A DNA stretch of 25,651 nucleotides. Source: Paraspadella gotoi (taxonomy: Eukaryota > Animalia > Chaetognatha). Positions 1 through 9,540 of the stretch are shown piece by piece (position 1 is the first letter of the stretch; each line of letters begins with the position of its first letter). The position numbers were made by a program, and so were the translations under genes. The stretch is from the NCBI GenBank assembly GCA_051294375.1, contig JBJCIZ010000218.1:6257-31907 (forward strand), in the 5' to 3' direction. The notes under the pieces were generated by a model. That model was not told the DNA's origin, made no database searches, and saw only the letters and a list, made by a program, of their open reading frames with translations.

Positions 1-105
1 AAAAAGGAGGAAAGGATAGCGACGATAAGGACCTGTTTTTGTGCAGATCGGTCACGACGCAGTCAGAGATGTTGAGGCGGAGCAGNNNNNNNNNNNNNNN
101 NNNNN

Positions 106-611
106 AAAAAGGAGGAAAGGATAGCGACGATAAGGACCTGTTTTTATGCAGATCGGTCACGACGCAGTCGGAGATGTTGAGGCGGAGCAGGCACGGCGAG
201 TTCGACGGCCATGACGTCGAAGGGCGCCGCCTGGAAGCGCGTCGCCTCGGAAACGCCGCCTTGAGCGCCGCCGAGATGATTGCCGGAGAGGAGAGCCGCG
301 GCCCGCCGGTAGATGAAGACACGTCGACGACGACAGTGCCAAAGACGATCGTATCTGCGATAAGGGAATGGGAGGGGGAAAAAGTGAACGAGGGAAAAGT
401 ACATGGCCAAAGTTTTTTCTCACATTTTCAAGAAAAGGGGAGAGATGATACGCCGTACATGCTGAAGCCCGCGCCGCCTCCCGTTCCGCCGTCCGGGCCG
501 CCGCTGGTCCCATCAACGCCGAGTAAGCCGCCGGCTGACGAGCTTCACGCCGCGCCAGTCATTGGAACGCCGTCATCGTTCGTCGGGTTGTCGCCGACAC
601 GAGTGTCACTT
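106..611 (-). other. GC-rich possible host exons separated by a short minus-strand GT-AG intron (~355-423)
   Basis: GC-rich blocks are separated on the minus strand by GTGAGA...pyrimidine tract...TCGCAG, with a TTGTAG acceptor near 612-617. Reading frame and product could not be resolved. Confidence 0.3.
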
Positions 612-667
612 CTACAATAAAACTACATTTCGTTGAAACTCATGGGCAATTAAATGATAGACAATAG

Positions 668-862
668 AGATCTCGACTCTATAATTCACTTTGTCGGTCC
701 GTCGGTCCGCCCCCTCAATATTGTCGGGCAACCACATATATGTCAGAATATCGAATTATGATAAATTATGCCTAATTAATTAACTTAAATCAATTAATCA
801 TTAATTAATTAATTACCGATAATGATCGGGGCAGATCTGACATTGTTTGCTCAAACTTGTTT
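668..862 (+). mobile_element. Short DINE-1/HINE-like non-autonomous Helentron (family A), 5' end eroded
   Basis: CTCTATAAT plus GTCGGTCCGTCGGTCC microsatellite, AT-rich core, 3' subterminal repeat GCAGATCTGAC, GTTTG-CT-CAAAC hairpin and TTGTT end. Homologous to 7262-7407, 7518-7597, 17594-17671 and 20281-20316. Confidence 0.65.
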
Positions 863-1285
863 TAGTTAACTTTTAAATTTTTTGCTGTCGTTTCTTTTTC
901 GATTTTTATTTCGAATTTTTTCTGTTTTGCTTATTAATTTGTTGAGTTGTTAATCTTGTTGATTTGTTGATAGGTAAAAGACGTAATAGATGAGCGCACT
1001 TCAAACAACCCCAGGTATAATTAACATGTATGGAAATAGCATACATGTCATAGATCATAGCCAGGGCTGTCAGAAATGACAGTAAATTGAGTTAAAAACT
1101 TCTGAAAAAAAAAAGACCATGCCAATTCTTCTTAAAAGCTGGCCATGCGCTCATTAAATAATGAGCAATCACAGGCCACGTCTTGCCATGCAAACATTCA
1201 CAATGATCACAGGCGTTAAACATCGCCATGCATTGAGAAATGTAAGATCACAGGCTTAAACCATATCAAATAAAATTACAAAAAA

Positions 1286-4200
1286 TCAATTATGATTTAA
1301 AATAGTTTGTAAAATTACTAACCTATAATACAATAAATCTTTTGGCATTACAATAGAATGGTTAAGTAGTAAGCGTAACCCGACAATACAGATGTAAACA
1401 CCGCAAGAAATTGTATCAGATCCAGCTTGATGTGGTACAAAAGCTTCTGATCCTAAATCTAAGTGCTTCCATATGCTAATGTCTAAACCTTTTCTATAGC
1501 AAAATACACAAATAAGATCATAAATTTTGCGCAGCGTTGACTGCCGGATTTGTCCAAGCGGATCATAAGTTATAAATAATTTTTTGTCAAAATCTAATAC
1601 ATATAAAATCCAATGCGATTCCAATTCAAGAAAAACACCAATTAATTTAGAAATTCTACTACTTTGAACTAAACAATCATGGCCTAATAAACCATCAAAT
1701 GTTATACTAGATTCTGGGGGTATGTTATACGCACATAGAAACTTATGTTTTAAAGGACCTAGATAAACATAAGCACAAGTCTTGAATAGAGTGTACACAG
1801 AATAAAAAAAAGCATCAATAACAACATTAGAAAATGGTTTTTGATCTATAATACTGGTTAATATGCTTTGAGTTAAATTGTACTGTCCAATGTTTTTGGA
1901 AAAAGGAATAACCAAATTAGAAATACTTTGGTTTTCAATACCAGTACTTTTCAGTTCTAATGGTTGAAAAACTTCATCATATGAAATTTTTTGTATTCCA
2001 TAAATTTCAACAGCACAAGGCCGGATTATTTTCAAAACAAACACATGCTTATCAACTGTGTTTAAGGTAATGCATCTTTGTGTCAAACAATTTACAAAAC
2101 AATCATTACGGTACATAAAAACGCCATTTTTTTTAAAACTTACATTGTACAAGGAATCAATCTTAAATATACAGTTTTGATAATTTTTATTTATTTTTCC
2201 ATATTCTGTCAATAAATTATTTAAAAGAAGCTCAAGGTTCTTCACCTCACCATAGGATGAATAATGTATCACAATTTCAGGAATACGAGTAATTTGAAAA
2301 CTTTCAACATTTAAATGGTGTGCACATTGAAATTGGAGTAAAGATGCCAAGTGACTTTTAATTTTAAATAAATAATCATTATTTATAATCGATACAGCAT
2401 TAGCGGTAGGAAATCTTTCACTAACAACAAATAACTTTGAACAATCTTTACAAAAAGATCTAACCTCAAACTGTAAACCCATAGTATTGCTAATATCAAT
2501 TTCGAACAACTTTTTAAAAAAGAAATCCAATCTTTCAAAATTTAATTCTTGTACACAATTATTTCTAGCAAAACAAACATTATGGTCCTGTAAATTTCTA
2601 GGTTTCATATCTATACTAGTAATAATATTTTTGAAAAACACACATTTATTTTTTAAAAAGTATTTTAATTCTGTATTACATTTAACACCATCTCTTTCAA
2701 AGAGAATATAAACAATTTTCTGACATGCTTTTTCGAAATCTGGGCTATCCTTTTTAAAAATTTTTTTAGAATCTTCATTATAAACTTCATAACACTGCTT
2801 AGCATCATTATAAGATAAATTATAAAAATGACCACAGTTATCATATCCTTGAAACAATATAGCTCCCATAAAATGAAAAGAGATTTCCTTATTGAAAATT
2901 TTAACATTTAAATTTAAATCAAGTTGAACTTTCTCATTGCTTACTGTCACATAATCATTATGTTGTAACCAATTCCTTCCTATTCGAATTAATAGATTCG
3001 AAGGAATTTCACAAAACTCTGTAGATAAACATGCATTTTTATTTTTGCAATGATCACAAATATATGTTAAAAGTGGTGTATCAAAAAATTGATTTTGAAT
3101 CATTTTGGTTAAGGAAAAAGAACTGCTAGCTGGTATGGTAATGAAAAGTTCAGTATTTTCTTGTTCATTTTTATATTCACAAGAATTGCATCTAATAGTT
3201 TGCTTTAATTTTAATCGTTCACTAATCATAACATTTAGTACAGGTTCTAAAGTATATTGTAACTGTTTAGTTTGGTCGTTATAAACTTCTTTTAAAAAAA
3301 CATCATGAAGTTTTTTTACTTTATCATTTTTAATAATTATATCTAAACCCAATAATCTATTATAATGAGCTTCAAGAATCATTTCATAAAAACAACGATG
3401 AAATAAAGAATCACTACTTGAATTTATAATAAATTCATAAATATCAGAGTTTAGTGAAAAGGAATTACTTGATAAATTAAAAGCAGCCATAGAGCTACAC
3501 TGTTGACCTAGATTTTCATACAAAAACATAAGGGACCGATTTTCCTTAATGAGAATCGTATCATCCTGGACAAAATTATCTTTATATTGCTCACTTAATG
3601 AATTTAACCTTTTCTTTTTCTTGTTAAATACTTCGGGGGCATTTAATTCTGAATCAATAGAATGCTTACGCTTTTTAGCCACTATTTTATCATGAATAGG
3701 TAATAAATTTTCAAGTAAAATAATAAACAATGAATGATTATAGTTCTGTTGAAGTTTAATCACTGAATCTAATCTTTTTTTTCCCTCTAAAAGGTCTTTA
3801 AATAATTTATTCCTATTTTCACTGACATTGTTGGTAAAATCAGCAAAGCTACTTGATCGCAAACTATCAACGTTTAGTTTCCCAAATTTACCTTTTGAAA
3901 TTTTAAAATTCATATCAGATTCTAATGACAAAGTATGTCGATTAATATTGCCAGTAAAAATGCCAGTATGGATTGGCATGCTTGTCCAATTATCAATATA
4001 ATACGTAAGAAATTCTGGTAATTTAAGTTCATTAACTGTTCCTTCCACACTTTGTTCTGTTTCTTCTATTTTGTTTTTTAAAAGTAATATATCTTTTTTA
4101 AAGGGCGAATCTCGTAAGGGGCAATTTAACGGAATATTTTGTTCTGACAATGCTTCATTTTCATTATTTTTAACAAATGTTTTTTTAAATTCTAATGTAG

Positions 4201-6727
4201 CAAACTTATCTCTAATATTTAAAAATTTTTCAGTAAACTCATCTTTTGCCTTTTCAAAACGTAAATCTTTAACGTTACTTAATGCAATAACCATCAATAA
4301 CTCTAAACAGTATTTAAAATCTGAGTATGTACGACAAGAGGATAATACCCTTGCAGCAGAACAGTAAAATTTTTGAACAGCTTTGTCAACTTTTAATTGA
4401 ATAAGCTTTTTTTTTATATTTTGAAAATAATGAAAGTAACACAGTTGTAAAAGGGGCTTATCTATGTCTTCAGTAGTTGCTACATTGTTAGCTATTCTAT
4501 AAATCCTTTTTATAAATTCGCCTACTGTTTCATTGCAAAAAACATTTAAAATGGCAGAAATAATCGCAAATGACTTATCAGTTTTGAACATTTTTGGAAC
4601 ACTATCAATTCCCATATCATCTAGCTTATTTTTAATTAGCTTTAAAAATAACCCTATTTGTTCTTTTGTTTGTAAGGACAAGTAACCTTCAGCAAATGAT
4701 ATTGGAGCATTCCCTTTTATAGGGTTTGGCACTGACAGCTGATAGAGCTCAAGTTTTTTTCCATGAATGTTCTGACACAAATCTCCTGTCCCATCTATAC
4801 AGATTGAATAAATACATCCTAATTGATAGCCTACTTTAAGATGCTCTTCACTATAGCAAACTATTTGAATGTTAGGAATTAACTCTAATTTATGTATGTA
4901 TTTAGGAGTTTCAGAAGCCATTTTAACCAATGAAGTTATTAGATCTGGATCAGCATAATTCTTTTTTCGACCTTCTTGCAAAATCTTTCTAAACACATCC
5001 CTGGAAACAGTAGTTTTACCACTACTTACTTCTTTCAATGTTAATTTAGATTTCTTATTTGTTACAAATTGACTGGGGGATTCATTTTTATGTTTATCAT
5101 ATATTAGCTGTCTCTCGTTCTTTCGGACATACGAGGATTTTGGCTTACCTTCCCTACTATGAACACATGTAACATGGCTTGACTGATTTCTGGGATCATT
5201 TTTTTTGCCAATATAAAATTCTAATGAAATATTTCCTAAAGAATCGACAAGGACTTCTGCACCTAACTCACAAGAAGTATTCCGGCATTTGAAAATAGCT
5301 TTAATTTGGTTTTTTCGTTTCATATATTTGCAGCCATGGCTGCTATAAATACATAATGAATTATGACGCGTTAAGATTTCTCGGATATGCGGAATGTAGT
5401 CCGAGTTATTAATATGGAAGTGTCCATCTTTTTCTTTTGTGATATTGGATGCTGAAGTTAGTTCTCTAAAAAGGTCAATTTTAAAAAGATTACTTTCTGT
5501 AGGAAAACGTTTTACATGGCATTCCTGATTTTTTTTCAGTACTGTTGGTATTACTTGCTCAATAATATGCTCTTGGTTTAATTCTTGGCTATCATTTGGA
5601 TTATCGTCATCTTCTACATTTGAAACATTAGATTGTTCAACCACAGTTTGAAGAATGTCTTCCAAAAATGAACAATCATCATCATTATTTTTTGAATTCT
5701 CACCTTTAGAGAATTTTTCTATATGGTCGTTGTTCAAATTAGGTGAATTAATGCCATTTGGATCATTCAAATCTTTAAACATTTCAACAGAAATTTGACC
5801 AATTTCATCGTGGCTATAAGCAGACTCGATTATACCTACATTCACTAATTTTGTATGAGACATGTCTGAAGATTGCTCAGTTTGCTGGGTTGTTACATCA
5901 TATAGATGAGTCAACAAAAGATCTACTGATGTATACGTGATGACTGAAACGAATCCATGCCTTTTCAATAAAGGCTTATTTAGGCATGACAAATGACAAA
6001 CAAATGCATCCTTTGTTTTATGCCCTAAACGTGAAATCAATCTCTCTCGGTTATTTACATCTTTTTCATTTAAGATACAATCTAAACAAAGATATCTTTC
6101 TTTGCAGCAGTCACAACTCAGGCAAACGTCTGACTTACGATCACAGGCACAGCAGCATTTTGGTGTTAACGTTTTTTTATTTGTTTTAAAAAAATTCTGG
6201 TGATTGCCTTTTGGCATTTTTTTTTTAATACTTGGTTGTAACTTAATTTCACATTCTGAATCAGAGGATTCACTAGCATTTTCAAATCCTCCACCTATCA
6301 TTGAAGTTGGTGAATGCAATACAATTTTTTTTTTGTGAATATGAACTTTTTTCGTAATTGGATTTTGATATTGCAATTCCTCAATAACTTGATTAACACT
6401 GTACCAGTGACCAGTGATGATTAACTGCCCTAGAGACAATTGTACATTTTCAATTCCTTTTTGTTTTTTTGCCCATTGTATGGCTAATTTTGTAGCCTTT
6501 ACATTGGAGGTTCGAAGTTTAAGAATACTTTTTTTCTCAACAAGAATTTTTAAAACTGCAACCTTGTTTTCCTCTGTGTCATACCGTATGATGAGAATGT
6601 CAAAATCAAAACCAGGTTTTTTTATTAATGTGGTAGTTACGTGGTGAACCCTCTCAATTTCCTTTCTTTGCCCAAAAAACCAAATCGACAAGGATTTAGG
6701 AAAATGTAATTGTACATACATACTCAT
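1286..6727 (-). CDS. Mutator/NOF-like DDE transposase fused to USP (C19) and Ulp1/SENP (C48) cysteine protease domains
   Basis: Open 1813-codon frame in AT-rich DNA. WRKY/GCM-like Zn motif (CRNTSC...HVTCVH). MULE-type motifs: IDGTG (D645), TDKSFAIISAILNVF (D717), CYFH (C763-H766), TNNVSENRN (E970). USP Cys box NLGQQCS (C1077), finger CxxC pairs (CNSC, CDHC), His box GHFY...YNED (H1300) and VYILFER. Ulp1 motifs: FSNVVIDAF, HWILYVLD (H1705), YDPL (D1722), HQAGSDTISCGVY (Q1767, C1775). The frame stays open ~43 codons upstream to a TTTCAG acceptor at 6858-6863. Confidence 0.9.
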   Translation of the reverse strand: MSMYVQLHFPKSLSIWFFGQRKEIERVHHVTTTLIKKPGFDFDILIIRYDTEENKVAVLKILVEKKSILKLRTSNVKATKLAIQWAKKQKGIENVQLSLGQLIITGHWYSVNQVIEELQYQNPITKKVHIHKKKIVLHSPTSMIGGGFENASESSDSECEIKLQPSIKKKMPKGNHQNFFKTNKKTLTPKCCCACDRKSDVCLSCDCCKERYLCLDCILNEKDVNNRERLISRLGHKTKDAFVCHLSCLNKPLLKRHGFVSVITYTSVDLLLTHLYDVTTQQTEQSSDMSHTKLVNVGIIESAYSHDEIGQISVEMFKDLNDPNGINSPNLNNDHIEKFSKGENSKNNDDDCSFLEDILQTVVEQSNVSNVEDDDNPNDSQELNQEHIIEQVIPTVLKKNQECHVKRFPTESNLFKIDLFRELTSASNITKEKDGHFHINNSDYIPHIREILTRHNSLCIYSSHGCKYMKRKNQIKAIFKCRNTSCELGAEVLVDSLGNISLEFYIGKKNDPRNQSSHVTCVHSREGKPKSSYVRKNERQLIYDKHKNESPSQFVTNKKSKLTLKEVSSGKTTVSRDVFRKILQEGRKKNYADPDLITSLVKMASETPKYIHKLELIPNIQIVCYSEEHLKVGYQLGCIYSICIDGTGDLCQNIHGKKLELYQLSVPNPIKGNAPISFAEGYLSLQTKEQIGLFLKLIKNKLDDMGIDSVPKMFKTDKSFAIISAILNVFCNETVGEFIKRIYRIANNVATTEDIDKPLLQLCYFHYFQNIKKKLIQLKVDKAVQKFYCSAARVLSSCRTYSDFKYCLELLMVIALSNVKDLRFEKAKDEFTEKFLNIRDKFATLEFKKTFVKNNENEALSEQNIPLNCPLRDSPFKKDILLLKNKIEETEQSVEGTVNELKLPEFLTYYIDNWTSMPIHTGIFTGNINRHTLSLESDMNFKISKGKFGKLNVDSLRSSSFADFTNNVSENRNKLFKDLLEGKKRLDSVIKLQQNYNHSLFIILLENLLPIHDKIVAKKRKHSIDSELNAPEVFNKKKKRLNSLSEQYKDNFVQDDTILIKENRSLMFLYENLGQQCSSMAAFNLSSNSFSLNSDIYEFIINSSSDSLFHRCFYEMILEAHYNRLLGLDIIIKNDKVKKLHDVFLKEVYNDQTKQLQYTLEPVLNVMISERLKLKQTIRCNSCEYKNEQENTELFITIPASSSFSLTKMIQNQFFDTPLLTYICDHCKNKNACLSTEFCEIPSNLLIRIGRNWLQHNDYVTVSNEKVQLDLNLNVKIFNKEISFHFMGAILFQGYDNCGHFYNLSYNDAKQCYEVYNEDSKKIFKKDSPDFEKACQKIVYILFERDGVKCNTELKYFLKNKCVFFKNIITSIDMKPRNLQDHNVCFARNNCVQELNFERLDFFFKKLFEIDISNTMGLQFEVRSFCKDCSKLFVVSERFPTANAVSIINNDYLFKIKSHLASLLQFQCAHHLNVESFQITRIPEIVIHYSSYGEVKNLELLLNNLLTEYGKINKNYQNCIFKIDSLYNVSFKKNGVFMYRNDCFVNCLTQRCITLNTVDKHVFVLKIIRPCAVEIYGIQKISYDEVFQPLELKSTGIENQSISNLVIPFSKNIGQYNLTQSILTSIIDQKPFSNVVIDAFFYSVYTLFKTCAYVYLGPLKHKFLCAYNIPPESSITFDGLLGHDCLVQSSRISKLIGVFLELESHWILYVLDFDKKLFITYDPLGQIRQSTLRKIYDLICVFCYRKGLDISIWKHLDLGSEAFVPHQAGSDTISCGVYICIVGLRLLLNHSIVMPKDLLYYRLVILQTILNHN

Positions 6728-6974
6728 GTCCTCGAAAAAAGGGGATAGTACTTGTGATAGAAAACTTGAAGGTTTAGCAGCTATATATTTGCAAGTTTTA
6801 GGTGAATCACGAAATACTATCAGATAAAGTTCGATAATAATTTTTTTTGTTTGGAATCTGAAATAAAAATTTTAAAAGTATAATGATCTTGACAGCTTCA
6901 CTGATAAAACATTGAAACAATAATAAAGTGTAGTGATGTAATATCACTACCCGTTGGATACGACTTTTTTCCAT

Positions 6975-7110
6975 CAGCGTCCTAATAGCGCACTGGGCTA
7001 ATGTTTCATCTCTGACAACAATGGTCACGGGTTTTAGCCCTGGTCGGAAGTTCTTGCAAAAAGAGTGACGGGACGGTTAAACCACTGGTAGCAAGCCTAC
7101 CACCGGATCT
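6975..7110 (+). mobile_element. Diverged SINE copy upstream of the transposase ORF
   Basis: GGTCACGGGTTTTAGCCCTGGTCG...AAGAGTGACGGGACGGTTAAACCACTGGTA resembles the SINE B-box region and body. Confidence 0.45.
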
Positions 7111-7261
7111 AAAGTTACAAAAAGCAAGGCAACTGAAGGAAAAATATCCCAGACCAACTGGGCTCACTAAGTGTGGGGACTCTCCACACACACATGGCAT
7201 GGCCTGGCATGTCGACCTCTCTGTCACTTCAAAAGCATATTAATCAATTATGACATAAATA

Positions 7262-7407
7262 AGGGCAACCACACTCAAAAATTGTAAGTACAATTCAAAA
7301 CATCAAATTATGACAAATAATACTGTTCAGATCATAAATTGAAAGAATTATCATGATTACCACTAAATTATTGCAAGTAGATCCGACGTTGTTTGCTCAA
7401 ACTTGTT
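7262..7407 (+). mobile_element. Family A HINE-like element, 3' half
   Basis: GGGCAACCACA...ATCAAATTATGACAAATA...AGATCCGACGTTGTTTGCTCAAACTTGTT matches 727-861. Confidence 0.65.
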
Positions 7408-7517
7408 AGGATATTTAAGGTTTAAGACCAGATTCAGATAGCTTGAAATAAGTGGTTTACAATTTAAATATTTATATTTTAAAAATACAAACATTATAAA
7501 AAAATATTATCTTTTAA

Positions 7518-7597
7518 TTTTTAGCCGGATCTGCTTATAGCAGATTCCGGCTCTATAATTTACTTTGTCGCCTCGTTGGTCCACACCCCCAAATAAG
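7518..7597 (+). mobile_element. Family A HINE-like element, 5' end
   Basis: T-run, hairpin AGCCGGATCTGC-TTATA-GCAGATTCCGGCT, then CTATAATTTACTTTGTCG. CGGATCTGC is the reverse complement of the family 3' subterminal repeat. Confidence 0.65.
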
Positions 7598-8433
7598 AAC
7601 ATCAAATTAGTTTATTAAATTTTCATTTCATTTAAAAAGCTATAATTCCATTTTTGGTTTAACTTTATATTCTTCATTAGAATCCATAAAACATTTTAAT
7701 TAAAATTTTAATTATAATAATACTAATAATATAAAATTAGAAATACTAATAGGTTTTGACATTTCACAATAAATTTGTTTGAGAGTTTAAAAGCAATACT
7801 CTGATGACTTTATAAACATTTTAACGAGCAAATGATGAACATACATAACAGTCTCAGTCATAGTTTGGGCATGCTAAAGTAGTGAAGGACATGTCCTAAA
7901 ATATAACCAAAACTGGCATGATAGGCAGTGTAGCAAAGATCACCAGGGAAATACTCTTAAAGCAAAAAAAAGGCTACTTTAAAAAATCTAAACATACATG
8001 GTTGAACCTATGTTACAAAACATAAGAATAGCACAATGGTGTGAATCAGTTGCTTCTTTTATAAATTAATCAGCTTTTAAGGCCTAGAACGGTTTAGCCA
8101 TGCATTTATTCTAGACGTCACAGACAACTCTGAAAAGTGTCATGCTCTAGAACAAAAGTTCACAGGCACACTCCACATGTAATTGATTTTTATTTTATTT
8201 TTACATCAACATTGTGCTACAATTCACTAACTAGTTTTTAACTTAATCTAAATTTTTACTCTTTTTATTATATTCTCTATTAATACTGTTGATATTGCCA
8301 GTAAGTGTAATGTCATATCAACTTTGACATCTTTGAAACTTGATTTTAACTATTCAAAGATAGAATAATAAAGTAAATTAACAAAACTAATTTTTTTAAA
8401 TTCATTTTAATTTTATTTTAATTTAATATAATT

Positions 8434-9036
8434 TTACAAATAATAGTTAATCGCTAATTTAATCTCCTTCATTAAAACTTTTTTCCCAAAGTCTGATAGG
8501 TGTATTCCGTCTTGAGAAAGATAATGTTCATAATTATCAAATGTTTCTGGTCTAATAAAAAAAATTTTGTTTACATGACATCTGCAACGTAAGTCACTTA
8601 CATTAAAATCTCTTATAATTTGATTAACCTTTTTTATATAATTATCATCTTTTGATTCTGGAAAGCGAGTGCGCAAACATAAATTTTTTTTCCTTTGACA
8701 CAATGGAATGTGAAACAAAATCAGATTGCTATAAGTACAAAGTAACTTACAAGATAATTCTCTAATTTCTTGTTTAATATTTAATAAAGCAATATCTGGA
8801 GAAACTCCGGAATTAATTTTAATAGAAATATCATTTTGTCCAGCACAAAAGATTACAATTTCATGCGAATTTAAATCTTGATGGATATAACCATTAGGAC
8901 CAATTAGGTCACTTACTAATGCCCCACTGTAAGCAGATACATCTAAATGTGTCAATTTAGTACTCTGTAATATATTATCTAAACAGTCTTCTGGGATATT
9001 TCGACAAATAGAATCAGATAATAATAAAGCACGCAT
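8434..9036 (-). CDS. SGNH/GDSL hydrolase (esterase-like), intronless
   Basis: All four SGNH blocks in order: LLLSDSICR (I), YSGA (II), AGQNDI (III), DGIHLS (V); 200 aa with ATG start. Confidence 0.85.
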   Translation of the reverse strand: MRALLLSDSICRNIPEDCLDNILQSTKLTHLDVSAYSGALVSDLIGPNGYIHQDLNSHEIVIFCAGQNDISIKINSGVSPDIALLNIKQEIRELSCKLLCTYSNLILFHIPLCQRKKNLCLRTRFPESKDDNYIKKVNQIIRDFNVSDLRCRCHVNKIFFIRPETFDNYEHYLSQDGIHLSDFGKKVLMKEIKLAINYYL

Positions 9037-9228
9037 GAGAAATAAAAATGTTTAATATGATAAGGCTGCATCAACTGAACGAGGATAAACAATGTCGTGT
9101 AAGACAAGTTTTTTTTATAAAAAAAAATCCCTAAAAAGAAAAATACAAAATATAGTAATCTCGCCAGCAGAATAGCGCGAAGGCAAAGATTGCGACAAAC
9201 AAGAAAATAAACATTCAAAAGTCAGCGG

Positions 9229-9540
9229 TTATGTTTGAAACAGTGCGGGCCTTCTTCTCTTGCTCACTCGGTTTTCACACCCGATCAGCGAAACAGTTTC
9301 TACTGAAGAATAAATTGTCGATCTGAAATTCCCCCGCGAATCGAGATTTAGGTGCTCACTTAAGGCTGAGTTGAGGCGATTAAGATCGTCCATCATCATG
9401 TTCAACGCCTCTTCGTTCCAGGTTCCACAGAAAATCTCGAACCGGATCCGTGCCATCACCGCCTTCGCGATGTTTTCCATACGCGACCGAGTGGCACCCG
9501 ACAACATCAGACGTAAATTGAGTCCAGAAATATTTGACAT
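9229..9540 (-). CDS. Small hypothetical protein (103 aa) with a basic C-terminus (SKRRRP)
   Basis: ATG-initiated ORF in a locally GC-richer patch, co-oriented with the SGNH and transposase ORFs. No recognisable domain. Confidence 0.35.
   Translation of the reverse strand: MSNISGLNLRLMLSGATRSRMENIAKAVMARIRFEIFCGTWNEEALNMMMDDLNRLNSALSEHLNLDSRGNFRSTIYSSVETVSLIGCENRVSKRRRPALFQT

Noticed and set aside
1-190. Direct duplication of 1-85 and 106-190 across the 20-N gap, and plus-strand ORF 39-620
   Set aside because: Near-identical sequence on both sides of a scaffold gap is most likely an unmerged contig overlap. The ORF runs through Ns and splice signals favour the minus strand.
2487-6647. Short ORFs overlapping the large ORF
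   Set aside because: Shadow frames of a long coding region with no motifs.
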